From Batkoa obscura (Eukaryota): a stretch of DNA of 64,000 bases. Both the position numbers and the translations under genes were made by a program. Positions 12,058 to 25,158 of the stretch are shown here, one piece after another. Numbering within the stretch: position 1 is the first letter of the stretch; each line of letters opens with the position of its first letter. The stretch spans positions 434,001-498,000 of the forward strand of contig JASVEC010000021.1 of the NCBI GenBank assembly GCA_030770535.1, read 5' to 3'. The notes beneath the pieces were generated by a model, which searched no databases, had not been told where the DNA came from, and was given only the letters and a program-made list of their open reading frames with translations.

Positions 12058-13836
12058 TTAAATTTTAACTTTAAGATGATAAGATTTAGGACGAGTTAAA
12101 GGTTCAAAACCTAAAGTTGAGAGTGTACAACCTCTACCTGAATTTTTAACTCCAGTCCAAGCTAATGCTGGGTCTGGGAAATCACAACGGTTCATAAAAA
12201 TGGTACCAGTTTCTACATGTTCTCCAACATAATTACAGGCATCAATATCATTTGTCCAAATGCTAGCTGTTAAGCCAAACTCGCTATCATTCATTAATTC
12301 AATAGCTTCATCATCATCTCTAACCTTATTTTTTTATTAATAAATTTTTGTTTAATTAATAAAATTAATTATTTACTTCCATTATTCCTACTACAGGACC
12401 AAAAGATTCATCTTTCATTATGGACATGTTATGATTCACATTGATCAATACCTGAGGTGCTACATAATTTGTACCTTCCTAAAAGAAAAATTAGATATTA
12501 ACTATTATATTTATTTTATTGTAACTCACCTTAGCATTTGGGAATAAATTTTCATCAATTAATGCTTTTGCACCTTGTGAAACTAATAACAATTAATAAA
12601 TATAATATAGTAGTTAATTTTTTAATCTTAATATTACCTGCTTCTTTAACTTGTTTTCTAATAAATTCAGCGGATTGTTTAGATATCATTGGACCTAAAG
12701 TGACTTTAGGATCTAATGGGTTACCTAGGATATAATCCTAAAAAAATAAAAAATAAATAAACTGATAAAACCATCCAGAGTTCTACTTACCTTAGTAATT
12801 TTAACGAACTCCTCTACAAAAGCTTGATAAACTTTAGTATGAACATAAATCCTTTCAACTGAACAACAAGATTGACCTGAATTAAACATAGCTCCATCTA
12901 CTAAATTTTCTGCTGTATATTTAATATCTGCATCTTCTCTTACATATGCTGGATCTTTTCCTCCTAATTCCAAACCAATTCCTATATATATTAATTTTAC
13001 TACTATTATAATATTATAATAATTACCCATAAACTTGTCATTAGCTGCCTTTTGTACTTTTTTACCATTTTCTACTGACCCCGTAAAATTAACAAATTGA
13101 ATTAAGGGATGTTGAATAGTAAATGTAATATCTTCATTATCAATATGGAGGAACTGAATATTCGGATAAGCAAAAAAAAGATCTAAAAAACAAATCAGAA
13201 ACTTACTTGGAATACATTTTTGGGTAAGCCGGCCTTCTCAAAAGCAATTAAATAATTTTTAGGAACGGTAGGAGTTTGAGGAGAATGTTTAAGGATGACT
13301 GTATTACCCGCTAACAAAGCTGGAATAATTCCATTGATACTAGTAATATAGGGATAATTCCATGGAGCAATTAATAAAATTGGACCTAAGGATACACGTT
13401 TGATATATTTTTTAAACCCATTTTTTTCTTCTACTACCTTTGGTTTTAAACTTTCTTCACTTATGGAAATCATATATTCGGCTCGCTTCGCCAACGTTTC
13501 TATTTCACCTTGGGTGTAGCGAATGGGTCTAGAATAGAAAATTTAATGTTATTGATTTATGGAGTTATGTAATTATGATTATTAAAAACATAGAATATAA
13601 ACTTACCTTCCCATCATTTTAGTTAACTCTAAAGCTAGCTCTTCTTTATCATTTAATAAAATAGACACAAATTTCGATAGAATATCTTGACGTGCTTTTA
13701 AATCGGTTTTAGACCATTGTTTATAGGCTTGATAAGAGTTTTTAATAGCACTATCAATTTCATCTTGAGTATTGAAATTGGTAGTATAAAATTCACTGTT
13801 ATCAATGGGGGAGATAGTGGTAAACGATTTACTCAT
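12058..13836 (-). CDS. Aldehyde dehydrogenase ([11 protein letters not shown] / ALDH_EDX86601-like family), 8 exons
   Basis: [64 protein letters not shown]. Confidence 0.95.
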
Positions 13837-15128
13837 TTTTTTAAAAAAAGAATGAAAAAACAAAATTAGAGTGATGTGGTATTTATTCTTTAGAATTTTT
13901 TGAGTAAGTCAAATGATTTTTTGAATGTTCATTATTTAGAATATTGGTGGCTTTTTGTTATTAATAATTAACAATGTGACTTTCTCCTATTAATAAATAC
14001 TACAATATGTTAGAATATTATCTTTCAAAGAAATAGGCCAAGTATGCCATTTATTAACTATCAATCATTACTCTCAGTGATAAAAGAAACGAATGATGTC
14101 ACTTTGAGAAGAACTAAAAATCACACTAATTAATCTACTTTCGAAAAACTATGACATTAATAAAAATTATAAAAAAGAAATGTTATATATGATATAATGA
14201 AAATAATATTGATATATTAATTATAATAATTTGATAACTGAATGTATACAAAAAGATGAAATCTAAACTTAACTCAATAAAATAAAGATTGAAGATAAAG
14301 ATATCAGACTGATGTAAACAATAACATAACTGGAAGTAAAAGATGGAATAACAACCTATTATAAATAGTTACTATTTGTATTAATAGAACTAACTAGCTT
14401 GAAGTTAAAAAATTGATAGCTAACAAAATATTAAGTTTGATTTAATATTCAAAATTTGGAAGTTACTTAACAGCTTGAAAGCTTCAGATTTGCTATAAAA
14501 ATCACAAGTTAAAATGAAAATCAATCAAGTTGGACTATAATTAAAGATATGGTCTAAAACAATTAAGTAATTGGAATAAATTAAATTTTATATGTTATTT
14601 AGAAAATAGAGTTAAATAATAATTAAAATAGATACTATCATTTCAACCTATTTAGCGGGTATAAATGAATAGAATCAATTAATGAGTGATAATAATGAGA
14701 TTAAATTATCAACAGAGCAGTTAAAGTTGGCAAATAACTAATGAATTCTACTAATTGATTGGTCCAAATTAAAAGGATTTTAGAAGGGAGTTAAGTAACA
14801 ACAAGTAATATTTCAAAAAATCAACAATTAGAAATAATCAAATTAACAAAAATCAATAATACAACAAACAACAATTCAAAAAAATTCAAACTATAATGAT
14901 ATAAAAAATGAAAAATTACCAAATATAGAAATTACTTTAAGAATTCTAACTCAAATAGTGGATTTGTAATAAAGATAATGAAATTTAACGTTAGTTAAAC
15001 TTATCAACTTAAGATCCAATTACTTTATATTTCATTCTTCAAGTTATTATTACTTGTAATCATTATGTTGATTACTTTTGTTTTTTTCTTTTACTTTTCT
15101 TTTACTTTAAAAAATAGATTTTTTTATA

Positions 15129-15439
15129 ATGTTTCAATTGTTCATCTTTATTTACTTAATAGTAACATCTATGGCATTAGATACTTCAATTAAAGAAAAC
15201 AATAATAAAGATAAGGATGTAGTTTCGTGTCAAAAGATTAAAGGTAAGTTATTAATATATTAATATAATAATTATAATATATTAATTTGTTGGATTATTT
15301 TTAATAGAATCTTTAAAATGTCCACAATGGAAGAATTCATATTTAAATTTAACTTGGATTAATAGTTTTAATAATAATAAATTATCAATTGAAGATAAAT
15401 TAGATCAATTAATTGTTCAAAAAATAAAAGAATATCAAC

Positions 15440-15478
<39 letters not shown>

Positions 15479-15861
15479 GTGATAATAGTGAAGATACACA
15501 TTGTTTATTATTTAATGAAAGAATTGAACGCTTATTAGAACCATTAATATGTTCATTTTATTTTACAAATTCAATTAATAAAATATGTTATAATCAACCA
15601 AATGGACATCAATTAATGTTATGTCAACACGATTGTAATAATAATAAAAAAGAGATAAATAATTTAATTGAAAATAATAATATTTGTTTTAAATCCAATT
15701 TAAAATTTAAAACTAATTTATTAGCATTTATAAATCAAAGTTGTGATAATGCTTTAATTAATAATGATAATCAATCACAATGTTTATTATTATCTACTCA
15801 AGGTAAAGTTGATTTAACTTTAATTTAATATGAATATTTTATTAATTTTAATTTATAGTTG

Positions 15862-15893
<32 letters not shown>

Positions 15894-16679
15894 TCTATAG
15901 ATAATAATAATCGATTTTCTATTGATAAAACTTTATTGTTATCTTGTGGATTAGGATTAGGAGTAATAATAGGCATCATTATTATTATAATTATTATAAG
16001 ATTACGAAGAAAAAGATATAAGAGAAAATTAAAACCTTTATTATCCTCTAATACAATGATAAATGAAACAACAATGGAGAATAATAGCAAAATCTTAGTT
16101 TATAGTACCTTCTTTGCACGACGAAATGATGAGATGCATTTAAATTGTGGGGATTTTATAACTGTATGGCGAGACTTTGATGATGGCTGGAGTCTAGGAC
16201 AAAATTTAACAACTGAACAAAATGGTGTGTTTCCTAAAATATGTTTAGCAAAACCTTTAAAAGGTCAAAATAAACAATTGATAATACCCGTTAGAGAAGC
16301 TAGTTTAGCTTTTAATAATCCAATTATATTACCTTCTCAAAGATATCAGCATAATAGTAATAATAGTATTATTAATTGTTACACTAATCTTGATAGTAAA
16401 AAGTCAATATCAAATGATAATTTATTTATTTCTCATACTCGATCTTATTCATATAATAATAGTATTCGTCAAATGGATAGTTATTCAAGTTCCATCAAAC
16501 AAGCCAAAATTTCTTCCAATTTTAAAAGAATTAATATGTCTCAACTAAATGACAATAATAATAGTAATTCTAAATTACCAGCTTATCAACTGAATTTTGC
16601 TAATACTTCTTCAAATTCCATATCTACTCCTCCTCCTCCTATTCACTCTCCTCCTAATCCTCCTCAAAATGAATTATAA
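15129..16679 (+). CDS. Type I membrane protein: signal peptide, Cys-rich ectodomain, TM, cytoplasmic SH3, Pro-rich tail (Fus1-like architecture), 3 exons
   Basis: MFQLFIFIYLIVTSMA; multiple Cys; [19 protein letters not shown] followed by RLRRKR; SH3 FFARRNDEMHL..DDGW..GVFPKIC. Confidence 0.8.
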
Positions 16680-17338
16680 AAATTAAACTCTTAACTCTTC
16701 TTGTTAATAATTAGAATTTAAGGGTTGATTACAAGCATATCTGTTAAATAAATTATTTTTTATATTAAGCTTAATTAATTTTAAATTTGTAATATAAATG
16801 TTTGTAAATTTAATTATAGAAAGTTTAGACTAACTATGAGTTAAAAGTATATCAATTTAAATTAAATACAACTCTTTTTAAATAATTTTCACACATTTAT
16901 TCTTTTATAACACAAATTAAACTAAACTTTAATCCCTCTTTATTTTTTAAGAAAAAAATAATGGCACCTTACTATGATTCTTAGCCAATAATATGATTAA
17001 ATTACGTTGATTAAATAAATTTCTTTGAAATCAAATAATTTTTATATATATATTAAAAGATAATGTTTTATTATTATTATATTAAAATAATACTTTTAAA
17101 TGATATAGCTTTATCTTTTATAATTTCTAGTTAATAGTATCTTTATTTATTTATTATATTTGTATTTATTGAAAATATAAAGAATAATAGTTTGCCACAT
17201 CATAATTTTCTAAAACTAAATTTAAGCTTGGAATTTCATTAGTTAAGTTTTAAAATATCGAAATAAAAAACCTTAATAAAAAATAATAATCAAACTAAAG
17301 TCAAATTTATTTTTTGTAAGCATATCAATACTAAAAAA

Positions 17339-19208
17339 ATGATGAATACAATAAAGCAAGTAGCAAGCAAAGCCGCTAAACTTAATTTCAATTCATGTTT
17401 GAAATTGAACAAAGTAAATCTCATACCATTTTACTCAAAACAATTAATCATCTAATATAATTATTAACCTTAGTTCCATACCAGAAGTTCAAATTTTGAA
17501 AAAATTGCCACTCGATTTCCAGGTTCTATAAACTCCCATTTCTCATCTCAATTAAACTTTATTAATATTAATGAACCTATACCTACTTATCGAGTTATGA
17601 ATGAAAGAGGTGAAATTGTGGATAATATGAAAGAACCTGAAGTAAGTACATTTTAATTTTATTATTATTATTATTATTATTATTATCTAATTCTTTATTT
17701 CTTTAATTAAATCTAATTATAATAGATTTCTAAAGAATTAGCTATAAAAATGTATGAACATATGATCACTTTAAACTTAATGGATACAATTTTATATGAT
17801 GCTCAAAGACAAGGTAGAATTTCATTTTATATGACAGCGTTTGGAGAAGAAGCACAAATTGGGAGTGCAGCTGCATTAACTTTAGATGATGTTATCTTTG
17901 GACAAGTAAGTTCATTTTATCTCAATCCATTTGATTTTACTAATATGACTATTATTTTACTTTACCTCTTAGTATCGTGAAGCTGGGGTCTTAATTCATC
18001 GTGGTTTTACAATTCAACAAATTATGCATCAATGTTATGGTAATTCTGAAGATATTGGTAAAGGAAGACAAATGCCTGTTCATTATGGTTCTAAACAATT
18101 AAATTTTCAATCCATTTCTTCACCTTTATGTACTCAATTGCCTCAAGCTTCAGGTGCTGCTTATGCTTTGAAACAGGCAGGTAAGGATGCAGTTGCAGTT
18201 GCTTATTTTGGGGAAGGGGCGGCCTCAGAAGGTGACTTTCATGCAGCGCTTAATATGGCAGCCACTCTCTCTTGTCCAGTGATTTTCTTTTGGTATGGAT
18301 TTTATAGGTTTTTATTAAGAATAGGTATTGAATTATTTTTTATAGTCGTAATAATGGATTTGCTATATCTACTCCTGCTCATGAGCAATATAAAGGGGAC
18401 GGGATTGGTAAGTTTTATTATATTTATATTATAATAATATGATATTAATTTTAATTCATTTATTATTTTAGCTGGTCGTGGTATAGGTAAGTATAAAATT
18501 AATAAAAATAAATTTATAATATTAATATTAATTTAAAGGTTACGGTATTGATACTATTCGTGTGGATGGTAATGATATTTTTGTAAGTGAAATTCATTGA
18601 ATTTGCAAATAATCAGCAAATCAACAATTAATTTTCTATCTTTTTAATTTAGGCTGTTTATAATGCTACTAAAGCAGCACGTAAACTGGCTATTGAACAA
18701 AATAAACCAGTCTTAATTGAAGCTATGTCTTATAGGTAAATTTAAAATTAGAAACTAAAGTGATATTATTAATAATATTATTATTATTAATTTAGAGTTG
18801 GCCATCACTCCACCTCTGATGATTCTTCAGCTTATAGATCTAAACAAGTAAGTTATTAAATTCTATCCATTAACTCATATAATAAATACTAATCTCCATA
18901 TTAAATTAATCTAGGAAGTAGAAGATTGGAAACGATTAGATAACCCAATAGTACGTTATCGTCAATGGTTGGAAAATAAAGGGTATTGGAATCAAACAAT
19001 GGAAGATGAAAGTAAAAAGAAGATCAAAAAAGAAATTTTAACTGCGTTTAAAGTAGCTGAAGAATTAAAAAAACCATCTATCAAAAATTTATTTACCGAT
19101 GTTTATGATGATGTACCTAAACATTTATTAGAACAACAAAATGAAATGTTACAACATATTAAAAAATATCCAGAATTTTATCCAGTAGAGGACTATGAGA
19201 AGGAATAA
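17339..19208 (+). CDS. BCKDHA: Branched-chain alpha-keto acid dehydrogenase E1 alpha
   Basis: [55 protein letters not shown]; multi-exon. Confidence 0.96.
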
Positions 19209-19230
19209 AGGAGATGATATTAAAATAAAA

Positions 19231-20202
19231 TTATATCGATGTTAATTGTTGTAATATGTTGGATTCCCATTCTTTATGTTTTTTATGTCCTTTTGTTTTT
19301 TCATACTTTTGTGTTTCTCCCTATTAGTTATTATTATTGTTAATTTAAAATAAATTATTTTGATCTAACTTACCCAATGATAATTTAAAAATGGGGATGG
19401 TACTAATTTCCTCTTTTTATTTTTGTTTTCATCATTATTTTTATTTTTATTTAGTATATCATCTATATTAACTTGATTATTGTTATTGATAGCTTTGTCA
19501 ATAACTTCATTACGTTCCTTTTTGCTCAAAGTGAATTTAACTTCTTTAATTAATGATAAAAAACCTTTACTTGTTGCATAAACTTCTTTTAATAACTGGT
19601 CTTTGTCCACTCGAATCTAAAAATAAGATTGTAATTAATCCTTCTTTTGTAAACTTCAACTATCAAGAATATCAAAACTTACCCCATTTTCCTCACAAAT
19701 AATATAAAATAATGCTAATTTAACCAAATTGATATCCATATCTTCGATTCTTTTTTTCATTTTTTTATCCTCCTTAATATATTCTAAATCCTTCTCTAAC
19801 CCATCTACCAAACTTGGGTCCCCATATTTAACACATAATTTATAAAAATCGATATCCATTTGAAGATTTAATATTTTACTATATTCAATTAATGCTTTAC
19901 GATATTTATCTCTTGTAGTACCAGAGATAGAACATAAAGCTCGAGTATCAACTGGTAAATGTAAACTAATTGATGTCTTTATTTCATTCAAAATAATCTA
20001 ATAAAACATAAACTTACCTTTTCAATGCTAAATGCAAACAAATCGCTGGTCTACAATTCGCTCCATTACGATCCCTTTGTGTTACTTTGGCTTTTAAATT
20101 ATTATAATATCCTTGGGTTTGAGCTAATAGTTCTTCAAATTGCATCAAGGTTAAATCAAGCTGTAATAATTTGATATGATGCTTGATGATATTGAGGGAC
20201 AT
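19231..20202 (-). CDS. ORC6: Origin recognition complex subunit 6
   Basis: CRPAICLHLA, YRKAL..SKILNL, LCVKYG; last exon KHKEWESNIL resembles the ORC6 C-terminal YEEWKRKIL motif; 4 exons. Confidence 0.75.
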
Positions 20203-20365
20203 TTTAAAAGTTGTAAAAACAGAATAAAAGGTAAGAATGAATTGAATTAAATTGAGCTACAATTAATAATATTTTTAAGGTTGGAAATTGGAAATTTTGT
20301 TTGATGAAGAAAGCTTTTTTATAAAGTATAAAAGTATAAATGAAATTTTATGGAGAGTAGTCATA

Positions 20366-20443
20366 ATAAGGGATGTTTTCGGTTTCATTAATTTTTCCAT
20401 TTTTTAAGCATTATTGAGCAAAAAGTTAACAAATTCTTTAAAT
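20366..20443 (-). mobile_element. Truncated MITE family copy
   Basis: gggatgttttcggtttcattaatttttccattttttaagc.tatt..aaattctt matches the reverse consensus; one TIR lost. Confidence 0.7.
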
Positions 20444-20976
20444 ATTATATAATAGTTTTTATCATTAGATACAAACTAGCTTAGAATGTTCATCTTCAAT
20501 ACATTCTAATTCTAAATATTATGTAGAAGCCAAATGATGTTTAGAGCTTTTTAGATCTTTAATTTTTTGGAACATAAATACACCTTATTGTTTTTAGTTT
20601 TTCATATGAAGTGCTATTATATAAGTTATATTTTGCAAAGAATTCGAATTCTCGAATCTTATTATTTCTATACTATCACTATCAACTATCAAGTACTCAA
20701 AAGCATTAAAATTTAAAATAGTACCACTTATCCAAAGCCAATCATTGAACTTCCCTGAAATTTCAGTTTTAAAATCCAAACTTTAAAGGAAATTCCAAAT
20801 AATTTGAACCAATAAAAGGAGAGGATTAGTCAATTTTAATCAATTAAAATAATCGTATGATTTTTTTCAGAAAATAATAAATGCTATTTGAATATAAAAT
20901 CAAATTAATTTTTATTAGTTTTTTATTAATTTTTAATTTATCAGCATTATTTTATTTCAATTAAATCCCAAAAAAA

Positions 20977-21468
20977 ATGAATTTAGATGAAGAAACAATA
21001 TTAAATGATAATCTATTGCTTCAAGGATTAGACCCATCATTAATAAATACCAGCAACGGCAACAATCTATTAAATTTAAGTTTACCAATTAATAATGAAA
21101 CTGTAATACTGAATCCCCTCACCGGGTTATTAGAATTAAGTTTAAACAATAATAACAATATTTTAAATAATATGAATTTAATGAATCCATTATTAACTCA
21201 ATGGTATCAATTACAACAACAACAACAACAATTGATTTTATTAAATTCTTTACAACAACAAAATAATTTGAATAGTCTAACTACTATTTCAACAACAGAA
21301 ATGGGAAGCCTGAATTCTATTTCAACAACAGAAATTGGAAGTTTAAACTCTATTTCTCCGTTGAATTCAGTGTCTCCTTTACACCCTATGTTAAATCATG
21401 AATCTTCACCACAATTAAACGGAGTACCATTGTTAAGTTCACCAAATCATGAATTTAATTTAGATTTC

Positions 21469-21513
<45 letters not shown>

Positions 21514-23079
21514 CCTATTGCCACCACTACTATTGATTTTAAACAAGAAGAATCGGAAGAATTAATCAACAAATATCTTAATTTGGAACGTATTGATGGA
21601 TCTCCTAATTATAGCGGGGGGAAACAACGAGTTGGACGAAAGAAGAAAGAAATTAAAACAAAGAATCATAACATTATCGAAAAAAAATATCGTAGTTCGT
21701 TATTAGATGGAATGGAAATTTTAAAAAATTGTTTACCATTTGGAATTAATGAAAAAGGAAATATTACCAGCTATTGTTCAAATATTAAACCACCTAATAA
21801 ATTTTCAAAATCAACTATTTTAAACAAAGCGACCGAATATATCCAATATTTGGAAAGGGAGAATGAAATGTTAAGAAAGAATATCAATTTTAATAATCAA
21901 CAAAATCAGCAATTGAATTCATTTTCAGTAGATTCTAATAGTCATACAGATCATACTTGTTCTTCTCCAGAATATAATGGAGATAACAATAATAGTAATA
22001 ATTCAAATAATACACGATTTTATATGATGTCTTTTTTTTTACTTATTCTATTTTATTTACCTTATTATCAACAACAACAACCATCTATTCATCAAGAATC
22101 AAAAGAAAAAGTCATTTCGCTATTTACATTGCCTTTTATTTCGATAGTTTTAATCGGATATTCTCTGTTTTATAATGGAAATAGAAATAATAAGAAGAAG
22201 AATGAAAAAATTTTGAAATTTAACGTTCAAGCCGGAGTAATGGATTTATGTCAATTATGTATGCAGCTTATTTCTCAAGCAATTGGTATGATGTTTAAAG
22301 CAAATGTTAGTAATTATATACAAGAAGAAAGAGTTTTATTAAATAATTTAGTGCCTTTCTTTGATAAGCAAAAACAACAAAATACAATTAATCAATGGTC
22401 TAGTTTTGGCTATAATATTATTATTTTAATAATAAAATACCTCAAATCTTATTCCAACTTGACTCAACAAACTCAAATGGAATTAAATTATTTAAGTATA
22501 TTGTTAAAAGAATATTATCAATTTGATTTGCCATTAGAATTTCTTAAAGATTATCAATTTCAATTAAACAGTAAAAATAAACAAGATGAACAATTAATTA
22601 AATATTTCAAAGACAATTTAAATGAAATTATAATTAAGATGAAAAATAATAAGGATATGAATATTAGTTTAAATGAGTTTATATCAATGGATTATTATTT
22701 AGTACAAATTAATCAAAGTATTTTAATTAAAGAGAAACAATATATCATTAATTTATTAAATCAAGCAAAAAATCAATGTAGCAATAACAATAATGAATTC
22801 AATAATCTAATAATAAAGTTATTACAAATTTATAACTCTCCATCCGATATCACTGTTATAGAGAAATTAACCAACCCCATTCAAGATGGTCCATATCATA
22901 ATGTTTATCATTTTATTAATTATTATCAATATCTAACAATGGAGAAAGTAGAAGATGTGGAGAGAAAGAAAGAGTTATTGTTAAAGTTAAGACATTCAAT
23001 TAATAATTTGATGTTAAATAATAATATGAAAAAACAATTAGCTAAATTTTATCAATCGTTATTTTTAACTTTAGTTTAA
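20977..23079 (+). CDS. SREBP-type bHLH transcription factor (Sre1/SrbA-like), intronless
   Basis: HNIIEKKYR with the SREBP-diagnostic Tyr, SKSTILNKATEYIQYLE, two hydrophobic segments after the bHLH; poly-N/Q tracts. Confidence 0.88.
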
Positions 23080-23164
23080 ATAAAGTTTTATTTTTGTATA
23101 ATTAATAAATATTTATATTTTATATTTTATATTTATATAATAAATTATTTTTAATAATATTAAT

Positions 23165-23955
23165 TACCCCAAATCAAAGTGAGTAAACATGAATTAATCT
23201 TCTTTGCTCAATACCCAAATTCCCTAGATAATACAATTTTACCACTTAACTTACATATTTATTACTGAACATCCTTATATTAATCATTCTCTTTGCTTCC
23301 TAATTATTATGGTCTTTTATTGCTTTTTATATAAATAAAGCAGTACCCCTTATAAGATAAAAATAAAAAATGGTCTTGTTAAAATTTCATCTTTATAAAA
23401 GACATAATATTAAATACTTAATTCACTCAACTTTGCTTCTAATATTTCACTTTAGCCCCTACTTCTATCTTATCAGTAGTCCAAACTTTATTTTCCTAAT
23501 CTCAAGAGATTTCCTTACTCCTTCTTCCATTCCTTTTCAATAAATGTACCATATAAAACCTTTTATTATTCTTAACAGATATTTGAGTTATATATATAAT
23601 ATCTTCACGATATCTCATGTTGATCCCATTAACAGTTCAACCTCACTTGATCCTTTTTTCTTCCCTTAATCGAAATCATTTTAGATATCTAAAGTATCCT
23701 TACTTTCAATTATACTCCTCAAAACTTTCAAGGGCATAGGGTTACTAGTCTCGATCTTTACCCTTCTAAACAGTTCCCATGGATTCTATGAACCCATTGA
23801 GTAGAGTGATTCATTTGACTATTTGAATATTCTTACTTCGTTTATGCTCTTTGAATCTTCTAAGAATAAAAGGCTATATTATTCAATCTATATCCTTCTA
23901 GAGCATTCTTATTCAATCAATTAATCCATTAAGTTGACTGATATAAATATTTACC
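23165..23955 (-). mobile_element. Possible highly degraded non-LTR retrotransposon (RT) relic
   Basis: Stop-riddled frames NPWELFRRVK..NPMPLKVL, GKKKGSSEVELL, KEWKK, LGNLGI..IHVYSL occur in LINE-like order. Confidence 0.25.
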
Positions 23956-24153
23956 TTTATTGAGTTATTAAATAAACTAATTGGAACTCATACTTTAAAA
24001 AAAGATACTCACTCATATTAAAACTATCAAATATTAATCCATTTAAATTACAGTAAAATTAAATTAGTATTGATTTAAATGTTCAATTGAAATAACAAAA
24101 AAATAAAAATAAAAAATTACTTCAATAAATATACATTTAATAATATCAATTAT

Positions 24154-25158
24154 CTAAAGCTTAGATTCAGAATCTCCTTTAACAAATTCTTCTCCTTTAA
24201 CAATACTTTTACTAAGTTCAGCAACTGCGTCATTAATTAATTGAGTTTCATAACTAGTAACATTAGCTGGTACAATTAATTTTTCTACTCCATTTTTTGA
24301 AAGTTCAATATCAAATGCAAAATAAGTAGCATCTTTTGAAAACTTTTTCAATTCACTAATATTCTTTGGATCCGCTTGTAAATTAACATATCCGGGTTCA
24401 ATAATACCTGTTACCCCTTTAACTGAGGCATCTAATAAAGCATTAGTAAATCGTGCACCTGCATGGGCCATACTTAAAGTAGCTGACCCAGCTCCACCTT
24501 TGGCTTTAACAACTTCATCACCACCATATTGAACACGATTAGTTAAATCTTTAAGTTGTTGTTCATTGAAGTTAACACTTGGTTTAGCTTGAGAAAAAAG
24601 TGGTACAATGGTAGCCCCAGAATGACCCCCAATAACTGGTAAACGAACTTCATGAGGTTTGATATTATTATTAGCAGCAGCAGCAACAAAAGCCGAAGCA
24701 CGAACAGAATCTAGAGTAGTTACACCAAAGATACGTTTTGGATCATAAACATTATGATTTTTAAATACTTCAGCAACAATTGGAGTGGTTGAATTAACTG
24801 GATTTGAGATTATTAAAATAAATGCTTTTGGACAAGCTTTAGCACAAGCAGTAGCTAAATCTCTTACAATACCAGCATTAATTTTAAATAAATCATCTCG
24901 AGTCATACCAGGTTTACGTGGTACACCAGCTGGTATTACAACTAAATGTGAATTTTCTACAGCCTCAATTAAGCTATCTGCACCCTGATGAGAAGTCACT
25001 ACCGATGGTGTATTAATATGGCCAATATCAGCAGCTACACCATGTACATTGACAATATCATATAAGGATAAATGAGAGATGATGGGATTGAGTTTTAACA
25101 ATAAAGATAAGGGTTGTCCAATACCACCAGCTGCACCAAGAACTGTTACTTTAACCAT
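24154..25158 (-). CDS. MDH3: NAD-malate dehydrogenase with C-terminal PTS1 (peroxisomal), intronless
   Basis: MVKVTVLGAAGGIGQPLSLLLK, PAGVPRKPGMTRDDLF, ISNPVNST, GGHSG; ends ESKL*. Confidence 0.93.
   Translation of the reverse strand: MVKVTVLGAAGGIGQPLSLLLKLNPIISHLSLYDIVNVHGVAADIGHINTPSVVTSHQGADSLIEAVENSHLVVIPAGVPRKPGMTRDDLFKINAGIVRDLATACAKACPKAFILIISNPVNSTTPIVAEVFKNHNVYDPKRIFGVTTLDSVRASAFVAAAANNNIKPHEVRLPVIGGHSGATIVPLFSQAKPSVNFNEQQLKDLTNRVQYGGDEVVKAKGGAGSATLSMAHAGARFTNALLDASVKGVTGIIEPGYVNLQADPKNISELKKFSKDATYFAFDIELSKNGVEKLIVPANVTSYETQLINDAVAELSKSIVKGEEFVKGDSESKL

Noticed and set aside
20480..20779. LRR/F-box-like relic; similar broken coding-like text at 48900-49450
   Set aside because: No recognisable motif and no assembled model
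24070..24156. Stop readthrough or cryptic targeting in MDH
   Set aside because: PTS1 (SKL) is already at the normal C-terminus and the TAG context is not TGA-CTA
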